From Gemmatimonadota bacterium (GTDB lineage: Bacteria > Gemmatimonadota > Gemmatimonadetes > Palauibacterales > KS3-K002), in the NCBI GenBank assembly GCA_039586795.1, contig JBDHJS010000035.1, forward strand, positions 1-35,765: DNA of 35,765 nucleotides, written 5' to 3'. Shown piece by piece: positions 1 to 8,737 of this stretch. How positions within the stretch are numbered: position 1 is the first letter of the stretch; every line of letters starts with the position of its first letter. Under the pieces are notes generated by a model. It had not been told where the DNA came from and did not search any database. It saw only the letters and a program-made list of their open reading frames with translations. A program made the translations under genes and the position numbers.

Positions 1-420
1 GACGGGACGGAGAAGGCCAACACGGTCACCATCTTCCTCGACGACGATGAGCCGAGCTCGCCGGATCACGGTCTGTCCGTCGGCGATGACATGATCGACT
101 TCAACGCGCTGACCGGCGTGGTCACCGACCTGCACGTCGTCGATAAGTGCAAGAAGGGTCAGTCGTTCTGCGGAGACGCGAATGAACCCCAAAACATCGT
201 TGATGCCGAGTTTGGCGTCAATTCGCCTCCGGGCGAGCAGACGTTCTACTTCTACGAGATGCAGCTGTCTCTCGAAAGCGGCGACCCGTTGGACATCGCC
301 GTGGATAGCTTCCTGCAAGCCTTCTGGATCATACGGCTCGGAAATGGCGCGCAGGGGAACACGCAGTTCCCGGACTACGGCGAGTACCTCCAGTTGATAC
401 CGACGCTGGTGATTCCTTAG
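1..420 (+). CDS. C-terminal part of a secreted-type hypothetical protein (possibly DOMON/CBM9-like domain); 5' end outside window
   Basis: Frame is open from base 1 (DGTEKANTVTIFLDDDEPSS...) to TAG at 418-420. Acidic and beta-rich (TFYFYEMQLSLESGD). Followed by a terminator hairpin. Confidence 0.7.
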   Translation, partial: DGTEKANTVTIFLDDDEPSSPDHGLSVGDDMIDFNALTGVVTDLHVVDKCKKGQSFCGDANEPQNIVDAEFGVNSPPGEQTFYFYEMQLSLESGDPLDIAVDSFLQAFWIIRLGNGAQGNTQFPDYGEYLQLIPTLVIP

Positions 421-445
421 CTCTCGTCTAGGTCCGACATATGCG

Positions 446-478
446 ACGGGCTCCCGATCTCCGATCGGGGGCCCGTTT
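446..478 (+). terminator. Intrinsic terminator-like hairpin
   Basis: ACGGGCTCCCGATC-TCC-GATCGGGGGCCCGT (14-bp stem with one G-U) followed by a short T run, 25 nt after the stop at 420. Confidence 0.7.
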
Positions 479-520
479 CGCATGGTTGCCACCGGAACCG
501 TGACGGTGGTATATGCACGC

Positions 521-946
521 ATGACACTCGATCGTGAGGCCCGGGCGCGGATCGCACTCATAGTCCTGGTGATGTTCTCCGTTGTATCCGCAGTGGAGCT
601 GGCGGTTCGCTCCGGGGCGCGGCTGTTGCGCCGGACCGATCTCGATCGGGTCACGGTGCAGGAGCAACGTCTTCAGACCCTCACTCCTCGACTCTCCGAC
701 CAGCACGTTATCGGCTACGTAAGCGAAGAGCTTTCAGGCGGTAACTTCACCAACCTAAGCAGCATGCAGGACTACTTCATCACCCAATACAGTCTGGCGC
801 CGACGATTGTCTTGGTGGGAACGGACCACGAGTTGCTGTTAGGGAATTTCTCGGAGGAGCTGGAGGAGATTCCCGAGATCGAGGGATTCAGTGTGATCGA
901 GGATGCTGGAAACGGAGCGGCCCTCTACGCTCGCGAGAGGCGTTGA
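521..946 (+). CDS. Hypothetical membrane-anchored protein, coupled to the downstream glycosyltransferase
   Basis: N-terminal hydrophobic helix (IALIVLVMFSVVSAV) and a QYSLAP motif. Stop overlaps the next ATG (TGATG at 944-948). Start is 521 or 482. Confidence 0.7.
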   Translation: MTLDREARARIALIVLVMFSVVSAVELAVRSGARLLRRTDLDRVTVQEQRLQTLTPRLSDQHVIGYVSEELSGGNFTNLSSMQDYFITQYSLAPTIVLVGTDHELLLGNFSEELEEIPEIEGFSVIEDAGNGAALYARERR

Positions 947-2388
947 TGCTCGTTCTTGCTGTTGGACTGCTCGTTGCTTGCCTGCTTGGCTACCTGATCA
1001 TCGATATCGCGTGGCCGAACGGAAAGCTGGTCGTGAGTCCGGTGCTGAGCGTGTCGCTAGCCGTTCCGTTGGGCCTGGGGCTCACCTCGGTTGGGTTCTT
1101 TCTGTGGCTGGCTCTCGTCGGTCCAAACACCTGGGGTCTCTTCTTAATCGAGATCGTGGCTCTCCTGGGCGCTGCACTGATTTGGGTGCGTGATTTGGCG
1201 CGTAGAAGGGCGCTGCGGGCGACCCCATCGACCGATGTTGATGATCAGAATCGACTTCTCCTCATCGCCTGCGGAGCTGTTCTCGTACTCTCGCTCGTCG
1301 CGTACGCTGCGCTGAGCGGGAGCAACCCGCACGGCGGGTGGGACGCGGTGCAGATTTGGAATCTGCGGGCCCGCTTCCTGTTCCGCGCCGGAGAGAACTG
1401 GGCGGACGCGTTCACGACGGCCTTGCCGTGGTCGCAGCCGAATTACCCGGTGTTGCTTCCAGGGGCAATCTCCCGCGCGTGGAAGTTCGCCGGAAGTGAC
1501 TCGACGTTGGGACCGGTCTGGGTGGCGGGGTTGTTCACGTTCGCCGGCGTTGGCCTCCTGGCATCGGCCGTCGCCGCGCTTCGCGGCCGTAGCCAGGGCG
1601 CGCTGGCGGGGATCGTTCTGCTGGGTAGCGGCATGCTTATCTGGCAGGGCGCGACGCAGTATGCTGACATCCCGCTGGGGCTGTTTATCCTGGCAGCGCT
1701 CGTGCTCATCGCGTTGAGCGACAGAAGCGAATCGGAGAGGTACAGGCTGCTCGCGCTTGCCGGTCTCATGGCCGGCCTCGCCGGCTGGACGAAGAACGAG
1801 GGGCTGCTATTCGTGCTGGCGCTCTTCGCCGTACGCTTTCTCGTCGTGGTTCGGAGCCACGGCGTGCGCAGAAGCGTGAAGGAGATGGCCGCTCTGGCCA
1901 TCGGGCTGGCCCCGGTTTTAGCCGTCATCGTGGGATTCAAGTTGACGCTCGCACCGCCCAACTACCTGGTCGCCCTCTCACAACCCGCCGATATCATTGC
2001 GCGACTGGCGGATCCGGCCCGTTATTGGGCGATACTGAAGACCTTCGCGGATGTGGTCTTTGTGTTTGGTGCGCCATCACTCGGGATGCCGCTAGTGCTA
2101 CTGATCTACGTCCTGGCTGTCGGCGTTGAGCCGGAGCGGTTGAACCGGGAGGCGGCTGCTACGACACTGTTGACCCTCGGCGTCGTTTTGGCTGGCTACT
2201 TCTTGGTCTTCGTCACGACGCCATACGATGTTCAGTGGCAGCTGGAGACGGCGCTTTACCGCCTGGTCATGCATCTGTGGCCCGGCATTCTGTTTGGACT
2301 CTTCCTGGTCATAAGAAGCCCGGACGCCTCATTCAAACAAGAGAGCCCCGCCTCGAACGGGCAGGGCTCCGTGCAGCACGCTGGTTGA
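946..2388 (+). CDS. Polytopic membrane GT-C fold glycosyltransferase (GT39/ArnT/PMT-like)
   Basis: About 12 hydrophobic segments; loop motifs GWDAVQIW, NYP, YADIP and TKNEG typical of PMT-like membrane glycosyltransferases. Confidence 0.7.
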   Translation: MLVLAVGLLVACLLGYLIIDIAWPNGKLVVSPVLSVSLAVPLGLGLTSVGFFLWLALVGPNTWGLFLIEIVALLGAALIWVRDLARRRALRATPSTDVDDQNRLLLIACGAVLVLSLVAYAALSGSNPHGGWDAVQIWNLRARFLFRAGENWADAFTTALPWSQPNYPVLLPGAISRAWKFAGSDSTLGPVWVAGLFTFAGVGLLASAVAALRGRSQGALAGIVLLGSGMLIWQGATQYADIPLGLFILAALVLIALSDRSESERYRLLALAGLMAGLAGWTKNEGLLFVLALFAVRFLVVVRSHGVRRSVKEMAALAIGLAPVLAVIVGFKLTLAPPNYLVALSQPADIIARLADPARYWAILKTFADVVFVFGAPSLGMPLVLLIYVLAVGVEPERLNREAAATTLLTLGVVLAGYFLVFVTTPYDVQWQLETALYRLVMHLWPGILFGLFLVIRSPDASFKQESPASNGQGSVQHAG

Positions 2389-2406
2389 GCTGTCGATCTC
2401 GTCGGT

Positions 2407-3045
2407 CTACTGACTGGTATTTCCGATATTGAATAGATAGCCCAGCGAGAGGTAGAAGGTGCGGGTCTTGATGCTTTCGACCTGAAGCGACGGTTCGCTG
2501 ATGTCCGTCAGCCCGTAGTTGTAAATCGCGTCGGCGAAGATGAACCCAGGTCCGAACTTAGTCTCGGCGCCGAGGCCGAAGACGAGGCCGGAGTCCGCGC
2601 CTTTGGTCTGCGGAGCCTGAACGACGTCGGCGCACGGTACGTCCGTCTCAGTAGCTGTCGATACGCTACAGCCGCTCTCCATGCCAAGCACCACTCCGAG
2701 GAGCAGGTAGGGCTTGATAGTCGCCGGGATCTGAAGGACGAAGTAGAGCGGTATCTCGACGTAGTTGACGGCCAGTGCGAGATCGCCGTCGCCCTTCCCG
2801 AACCCCTTCTGCGAGTACATGGCGTCCACCCGCACCGCGAAATGTTCCGTCAGGTCTACCCAGCCGGTGATGCCAAAGTGGAACCCCGTCCGCGTTCCTA
2901 CGTCCTCGGTAAACAGATCGCCCTTCACGTCGGCGGTAGCGAGGTTCAGGCCGCCTTGAACACCTGCTTTTACCATTTGCCCGCTGGCTGAATCCGCGCC
3001 CGCCACCAAGAACGCGGCGGCCAGGATTAGAGTGAGTCGTCTCAT
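2407..3045 (-). CDS. Outer-membrane beta-barrel (porin/PorT-like family) protein
   Basis: AGGAG RBS before ATG 3045; signal peptide MRRLTLILAAAFLV; GVQGGLNLA, YSQKG, NYVEIPL, YNYGL; terminal strand FYLSLGYLF. Confidence 0.85.
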   Translation of the reverse strand: MRRLTLILAAAFLVAGADSASGQMVKAGVQGGLNLATADVKGDLFTEDVGTRTGFHFGITGWVDLTEHFAVRVDAMYSQKGFGKGDGDLALAVNYVEIPLYFVLQIPATIKPYLLLGVVLGMESGCSVSTATETDVPCADVVQAPQTKGADSGLVFGLGAETKFGPGFIFADAIYNYGLTDISEPSLQVESIKTRTFYLSLGYLFNIGNTSQ

Positions 3046-3117
3046 CTGAACTGGTGCTCCTGTTGGTTCATTCGGCGCTCCGGTGGCGCCGGGATACAGG
3101 GGAATTTGGGCGTTGGT

Positions 3118-3146
3118 GTAATAGCAATCCATGGCCGCGCCGGCAA
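3118..3146 (-). promoter_or_regulatory. Putative sigma70 promoter for the beta-barrel gene
   Basis: Minus strand TTGCCG-N17-TATTAC. Confidence 0.35.
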
Positions 3147-3254
3147 GCGCCGCCTGGCACGCCTTCTCAAACACCCGGGGGGGTCCGAGCGTTGGGCCTC
3201 CCGGTTTCCCTGTACCCTACGGTAACGGGGGGAAAGGGTTTCGCGGCGGGCAAG

Positions 3255-3281
3255 AAAAGGGCCCCGCGCCGGGCGGGGCCC
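3255..3281 (-). terminator. Intrinsic terminator after the MCP gene
   Basis: GGGCCCCGC-N5-GCGGGGCCC, followed by TTTT on the minus strand (AAAA at 3255-3258). Confidence 0.75.
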
Positions 3282-3307
3282 CAGAACATTTGTTTACGGC
3301 CGCCAGC

Positions 3308-4999
3308 CTACACGTCCCACTCGCCTACCAGGCGCCTTAGCTCCTCCGCCGCCGACACCAGCTCGGCCACCGAGGCGCTGATTTCCTCAGTCGTTGCCGA
3401 TTGCTCCTGTACGGCGGCGCTCACGTCCTGGCTCCGCGACGCGTGGGTCGTGGCGGTCGCCGTGACCGATTCCACATGACCGGCGACCTGTTCCAGCAGG
3501 GTTCGGCTGCGCAGCGCCGTCAGCACTGAGTGATCGGTCGCTTCGGTGACCCGCTCCAAACCGTTGGCGATAGTGTCCAATGCGCCTTCGGCGCCGCGAG
3601 CGACAGCCTCGACCTGCACGACCTTCTGCTCGCCCTCCCGCATTCTGCCAACCGTGCCGGAGACCCACTCACGCAACTGGCTGACGACTTCATCGATCTC
3701 TTGGGCCGCCGTGTCGGCGTCGGAAGCCAGCTTGCGAACCTCTTCGGCGACGACACCGAAGCCGCGCCCCTCGTGACCGGCGTGAGCCGCCTCGATCGCC
3801 GCGTTCAGGGAGAGCAAGTGGGTCTGCTCAGCTATCGAAGTGATGCGGCGAACGAACGAAGAGATCTTCTCGGATGTGGTTTCGAGTCCCTCCACCTCTT
3901 CGCCGGTGCTGTGAACGACCTCGCGCAGGGTCAGTAGAAGCTCCAAGGCCTCACGAACCGACTCCTGGCTCTGACTGGCTTCTTTGCGAATCTCGTGGCT
4001 CAGCTCTCGGTTCTCTGTCGCTTCGGTCTCGATGCGCGTTGCGCCCTCTCGAAGTTCCACGACGGCTGAAGCCGTCTCGTTGAGAGAGCTAGCCTGCCGT
4101 TCGGCGCCGTCTGAGATCTCGGTCATCGCCATAGCCACCTCGTTGGTGGATGCGGCGACCTGCTCCGATATTGCCGAGAAGTCTGCAGCCGAGGATGAGA
4201 TCTGGGTCGTCGTCGAGGAGACCTGAGTGGCCAGGTTGCGGAGGTTGTTGGCCATCGTGTTGAAAGCCTGGCCGACCACCGCAAACTCTTTGGGCATCGT
4301 CTGAGTCCTGAGTAATGTCTTCATATGCCCGGCGCCCAGCTCCCGCGCTGCATGCACGAGCTCGGCGAGTGGTCGGTCGATCGATTTTAGCACGGCGTAT
4401 GAGAGTATCGCTCCCACACCCAGCGCCAGAATCGTTATGAAAAGAACGTAGACGGAGCGCTGGTCGGCACGGGTGCTCAATGCCCGCGTCGATTCCTCGA
4501 ACACCTGGTTTCGACGTGTACCGAGCTCCGAGATGAGGCGGACGACTTCCTCTGCGATGGGATGAACCGCGTCGAGCACCTCTCGCGCCTCGGTGCGCCG
4601 GCGCAGATCAAAAAGCGCATGGGCACGCGCGTACTCGACCTCGAGCTGCGTGAGCGCCGTTGTCAGCCGCTCGACCAGGATTGCATCGCCGGGTGATAGG
4701 CCTTCTAAACCGCGGTAGCTCTGTGCGACCTCCTGGGTGCGCCCAGCAAGGTCGTTGTAGAGCGCCTTCGTGCTGCTGTCGCCAGTGGCAAGATAGCCGT
4801 CGCCGGCGAAGATCAATCCAAGAACGTCTCGCTGCAGTTGGTTGCCGATTACCGCGACGCTCTGCATTCGGCTCATCTCTTCGTCGAAGTCCCGCGATAG
4901 TCTCTGCAATGAGATGAAGCCCAGCACGCCGCCGGCCAACAGGCCGGCCAGGAGGATACCGAAGGCGGCGTATTGTCGCGCTCGAATCGTGTCGATCAC
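3308..4999 (-). CDS. Methyl-accepting chemotaxis protein (TM1, periplasmic helical domain, TM2, HAMP, MA domain)
   Basis: Hairpin-tip signature [31 protein letters not shown]; two TM helices; HAMP (RPLAEL...[12 protein letters not shown]); methylation-helix [13 protein letters not shown]. Confidence 0.95.
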   Translation of the reverse strand: MIDTIRARQYAAFGILLAGLLAGGVLGFISLQRLSRDFDEEMSRMQSVAVIGNQLQRDVLGLIFAGDGYLATGDSSTKALYNDLAGRTQEVAQSYRGLEGLSPGDAILVERLTTALTQLEVEYARAHALFDLRRRTEAREVLDAVHPIAEEVVRLISELGTRRNQVFEESTRALSTRADQRSVYVLFITILALGVGAILSYAVLKSIDRPLAELVHAARELGAGHMKTLLRTQTMPKEFAVVGQAFNTMANNLRNLATQVSSTTTQISSSAADFSAISEQVAASTNEVAMAMTEISDGAERQASSLNETASAVVELREGATRIETEATENRELSHEIRKEASQSQESVREALELLLTLREVVHSTGEEVEGLETTSEKISSFVRRITSIAEQTHLLSLNAAIEAAHAGHEGRGFGVVAEEVRKLASDADTAAQEIDEVVSQLREWVSGTVGRMREGEQKVVQVEAVARGAEGALDTIANGLERVTEATDHSVLTALRSRTLLEQVAGHVESVTATATTHASRSQDVSAAVQEQSATTEEISASVAELVSAAEELRRLVGEWDV

Positions 5000-5108
5000 A
5001 GGCTGCCTCTAGGATTCGTTGTAAGGCGGGGGACACTACTCAACGATGCGCTGAAAACGGCTCTGAGTCAGGGAAAATGCGCGACGGGAGAGGTCGTCGA
5101 GCTAAATT

Positions 5109-5138
5109 AATATATGTCTGCTACTTAGACCGGGTCAA
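5109..5138 (-). promoter_or_regulatory. Putative sigma70 promoter for the MCP gene
   Basis: Minus strand TTGACC-N18-TATATT in an AT-rich patch; short inverted repeat GTCT-N7-AGAC within the spacer. Confidence 0.45.
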
Positions 5139-5156
5139 GGCGGCCGATCGCCTCTG

Positions 5157-6296
5157 TCACGAACCGCCTTCAACGGCCACAAGCTCTGTCGCCGTCCCGA
5201 CTATACGGCCGATCGCGAAATTCTTTCGCTCCGGGTCGCCGTTCTCGTCGAAGAAGATCGAGCCGCTGACGCCCTCGAACGGATCGTTGTTGGCGCCGAC
5301 CGACTCGAGATAATCGCGAATCTTGGCCCGATCGGGCCCAACCTGGCGAACGGCCTCGGCCAATAGCATGACAGCGTCGTAGGCGAGGGCCGCGAAGTGA
5401 TCCGGCGCCTGGCCGTGCCTGGCCGTGAACGCCTCCACGAAACGTGGGCCGGCTTCGCTGGGAAACTCTGGGTGGTAGAGGAGACCGACGTACGTTCCTT
5501 CGAACAGCGGCCCCTGGCCGACGAGGCCCATGATACCATCTCCGCCGATGACGGGAGTCTCGATGCCCAAGTCGCGAGCCTGTTGGATGATGACACCGGC
5601 TGTGACGTCCAGGCCAGCGATGAAGATCAGGTCAGGCTGCGCGGCGCGAATCGCGAGCAGAAAGGCCTCGAAGTCCGTCGTCTGCCCTTCGATGTACGGA
5701 TACTGCTCGAGCAGTGTACCGCCGCTGGCTTCGTAGGCGCGCACAAAGCCCTCACGAAGGCCGCGGCCGTAAGAATCGTTGGCGTATAGCAGGACCGCTC
5801 TGTCGCCCAGCTCGCGTAGCGAGAACATGGCCAGCTTGGACGAGTTTGCGACGTCGCTTGATGCGACGCGGAAGATCCACGGCCCGGCATCGCTGACCTC
5901 AGGACTGGTCGCGGTGGGCGAAACCACTGGAAGCCCCCGGTCGTAGATGGAGGAAGCGGCGATGGTCGCACCTGACGTCGAGTGTCCGACCACAGCGACA
6001 ACGGACTCGTCCTCCATAAAGTCGGCAGCGACTTGCAGAGCACGCTCGCCGCTGGCGCTGTCCGTGACGGCCACGAGTTCGAGGCTCTTTCCTGCGATTC
6101 CGCCGCTCGCGTTGATCTCGTCGCGGGCCATCTCAGCTCCGCGCTGCGTCTGGACGCCCAGGTACATCTCGAGCGGGGTGGCGAGTCCGAAACGAACGAC
6201 TTCCTCCTCGCTGGATCCGCATGCCGAGTAGAGAGCGATGATCGGCAGCAGAATGGCGAGCGGTGAGACGGTCTTGAAGAGCCTGGTCATAGACAC
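5157..6296 (-). CDS. LivJ/LivK-type (branched-chain amino acid family) periplasmic binding lipoprotein
   Basis: Lipobox YSAC; EINASGGI, VVGHSTSG, SPTAT, FRV, YGRG, ALAYDA, FEGVSGSIFFDENGD motifs. Confidence 0.92.
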   Translation of the reverse strand: MSMTRLFKTVSPLAILLPIIALYSACGSSEEEVVRFGLATPLEMYLGVQTQRGAEMARDEINASGGIAGKSLELVAVTDSASGERALQVAADFMEDESVVAVVGHSTSGATIAASSIYDRGLPVVSPTATSPEVSDAGPWIFRVASSDVANSSKLAMFSLRELGDRAVLLYANDSYGRGLREGFVRAYEASGGTLLEQYPYIEGQTTDFEAFLLAIRAAQPDLIFIAGLDVTAGVIIQQARDLGIETPVIGGDGIMGLVGQGPLFEGTYVGLLYHPEFPSEAGPRFVEAFTARHGQAPDHFAALAYDAVMLLAEAVRQVGPDRAKIRDYLESVGANNDPFEGVSGSIFFDENGDPERKNFAIGRIVGTATELVAVEGGS

Positions 6297-6476
6297 GACG
6301 GCCTCTTTTTGCTGTGGGAACGCGAGGAAGGGGTACTTCTAGCTACAGAATCTATCGGGTGTGCGACCGAGTTCAAGGCTTGGCGCGAACGCATCGTTCG
6401 TGTAGACACTTGGTATATGGTCACTTAGTTTGCTGAGACACCAGCATGGAGAATCACTAAGCAAAGGAGAATCCCG

Positions 6477-6656
6477 ATGGGAGGCTTTTCCGGAATCCTG
6501 GGGTTTCTCGTCCTCGTGGCGGATATCTGGGCGATCTGGAACATCATTCAGAGCCGTGCGTCGTCGGGCTCCAAAATCCTGTGGGTGGCGCTGGTTCTAA
6601 TCCTGCCGCTGCTGGGATTCGTGATCTGGTTCTTCGCGGGACCGCGGCAGGACTAG
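6477..6656 (+). CDS. Small two-TM membrane protein, PLDc N-terminal domain family (59 aa; absent from the ORF track)
   Basis: AAGGAG RBS; hand translation MGGFSGILGFLVLVADIWAIWNIIQSRASSGSKILWVALVLILPLLGFVIWFFAGPRQD*; K-x-x-W...P-x-x-G pattern. Confidence 0.9.
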   Translation: MGGFSGILGFLVLVADIWAIWNIIQSRASSGSKILWVALVLILPLLGFVIWFFAGPRQD

Positions 6657-7324
6657 TCGATTTCGTCCTCGTCGTAGTAGTCGAGCTTGTGCAGCGGCAT
6701 AACCACGCTGGAAAGCACGTTCAGCACATGTGCGGCTACCCGTTTGTAGAAGCGGGCGCCGAGTACCACCGCCGTTGCTGTGCCGGCGTCGTAATCGCTG
6801 TTCGCCACGCGAACCATCAGCGCCTCGCAGCGGTGAGTCAGATCGCGTCCTTCCCGGGTAAGTTCTAGCGCGACTTGGCGGTCGGTTTCCGCGAAGGCAT
6901 CGGTAGCCTGTAGAAACTCGTGTTCGACGCCCGCCCGTATCTCCCTGAGTTCTTCGACTATTTCATCGTCGGGCAACGGCTCGGGATGGAGTTCTCTAAC
7001 CTCCGAAAGGTTCTTCGCGTAATCTCCTAGTCGCTCAACGTCCTTGACCAGGCTCATCAGCAACAGGCAGTACGGCAGTGAGGCCGAGTTGCCCAGAGAC
7101 AGGTGGGCGATGACCTGCTTACGGATCGTGCGTTCGAGCTTGTTCACCTCGACATCCGCCTTGTAGATCTTCGTCCGCTCGTTCGGCGCGACAACGGCGC
7201 TGAAGAACATGTCGCCGCCCTTCACCGTCATGTCGTACGCGATGCGGAGCATCTCCTGAAAGTTCTCTCCCATCGCGGCCAGCGGCTTGTCCGATCGAAA
7301 GATACTGAGCAACTCACGAAGCAT
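6653..7324 (-). CDS. PhoU-domain protein
   Basis: DVEVNKLERTIRKQ, KDVERLGDYAKNL and KRVAAH repeats; GGAGG RBS; directly downstream of a Na/Pi symporter. Confidence 0.85.
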   Translation of the reverse strand: MLRELLSIFRSDKPLAAMGENFQEMLRIAYDMTVKGGDMFFSAVVAPNERTKIYKADVEVNKLERTIRKQVIAHLSLGNSASLPYCLLLMSLVKDVERLGDYAKNLSEVRELHPEPLPDDEIVEELREIRAGVEHEFLQATDAFAETDRQVALELTREGRDLTHRCEALMVRVANSDYDAGTATAVVLGARFYKRVAAHVLNVLSSVVMPLHKLDYYDEDEID

Positions 7325-7337
7325 GATCTACCTCCAA

Positions 7338-8510
7338 CTAATTGGCGAGCAGTCGATTCAATGTGGCAAGCAGGGCGGGAAGCCCGTAGAACAGGAGCAC
7401 CACGTACAGTAAGGCGTAGGTGCGTGATCGGACGGCTACCGCTGCGAGCCGTCGGGCTGCAGCTAACGGAATCTCCCGAACCTTTGGGAACGGATAGATT
7501 AGCAGTGTCGCACTCAAGTTGAACAGGAGGTGCACGATAGCGATGGTGATCCCCCATCGCGCGTTCGGGCCGGTGACGGCCAGGGCTGCCAGGAGCGCCG
7601 TAACCGTCGTCCCGATGTTCGCCCCGATCGTGATCGGGAAGGCCTGGGCCAGTGTGATCAGTCCGGCGCCCGCCAGCGGTACGAGCAGTGACGTCGTGAT
7701 CGAACTGGATTGCACCATCACGGTGACGAGCATTCCGACGAGGATTGCGAAGGGCGCCGCGTGATGTAGGCCACGGGACACGATCGCTTCCACCCGGGTG
7801 TGCATCGCGCCGCGCATCACACGCACCAGAAACATCAACGCAAAGTATATGAACAGGCCAGATACGATGATGAGAAGTATGGCCTGAACCTTCTCGGAGG
7901 CTGTCAGCCAGTGGATGCCGTCCTTGATTGGCGCGAGCGCCGCCTTCAGGGCTCCCTTGAGCGGACTGTCGTAGTCAACGCCGCCGAAGCCGGTCAGCAT
8001 CTGCGAAAGGGCCGTGGCGGACTTCTGGAGGTAGCCAGTGGCCATCTCGAGGGGCAGCAGGGCGACGACGGCCATGAAGTTGAAGAAATCGTGGCAGGTT
8101 GCTACCGAGAACGCGCGGTAGAATTCCTGCTTGCGGCCCATGTGCGCCAGCGAGACGATCGTGTTGGTGACCGTCGTCCCGATGTTCGCCCCCATGATCA
8201 TGGGAACCGCGTTGGCGAGCGGCAGGGGATTCTCCGGCGCCGCGACCAGCCCGACGATAAGCGACGTCGTCACCGACGAACTCTGCATGAGCGTCGTCGC
8301 TAGGATCCCGACGATGAGGCCCATGAACGGGTTCTCCGTGGCGGCGAAGAAGCTGTCCAGCAGGCCGCCACCCAATGACTTGAAGGCGTCTCCCAGCCCG
8401 TTCACCCCGAGAAGGAAGATGAAGAGCAGAGCCGCCACGGCGATCACCCGTGCTGCGGGATGAGACTTTATGACCGGCGGGATCGAGATCGGCTGTGCGG
8501 TGGATATCAA
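7338..8510 (-). CDS. nptA: Na+/phosphate symporter (SLC34/NptA family)
   Basis: Duplicated signature QSSS(V/I)TTS...GANIGTTVT; multiple TM helices; TTG start uncertain. Confidence 0.93.
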   Translation of the reverse strand: MISTAQPISIPPVIKSHPAARVIAVAALLFIFLLGVNGLGDAFKSLGGGLLDSFFAATENPFMGLIVGILATTLMQSSSVTTSLIVGLVAAPENPLPLANAVPMIMGANIGTTVTNTIVSLAHMGRKQEFYRAFSVATCHDFFNFMAVVALLPLEMATGYLQKSATALSQMLTGFGGVDYDSPLKGALKAALAPIKDGIHWLTASEKVQAILLIIVSGLFIYFALMFLVRVMRGAMHTRVEAIVSRGLHHAAPFAILVGMLVTVMVQSSSITTSLLVPLAGAGLITLAQAFPITIGANIGTTVTALLAALAVTGPNARWGITIAIVHLLFNLSATLLIYPFPKVREIPLAAARRLAAVAVRSRTYALLYVVLLFYGLPALLATLNRLLAN

Positions 8511-8737
8511 GCTAGTGCTCGCCTCGCGATTGGCCCTGTCACCAATGACGTCACGCAGCTGGGGGGCAAAGTCGCGGGAATGTTACTGTCACTTTACCGT
8601 TTGGCAAGTGCTGCGGGGCGGGGTGGTATGAGTGGAGGCGGACGGTGTGAGGGGATCTAGCCTGCCTGACATACTTGACTTAAGCTAGCCGTCGAAGCGG
8701 CGAGCCTCACTCTTGATGATCCAAAACTGAGATTCAC

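Noticed and set aside
8536..8592. Pho-box-like GTCAC/GTTAC words upstream of the Na/Pi symporter
   Set aside because: Spacings are 12 and 6 nt instead of 11, and they point away from the symporter; too weak to call.
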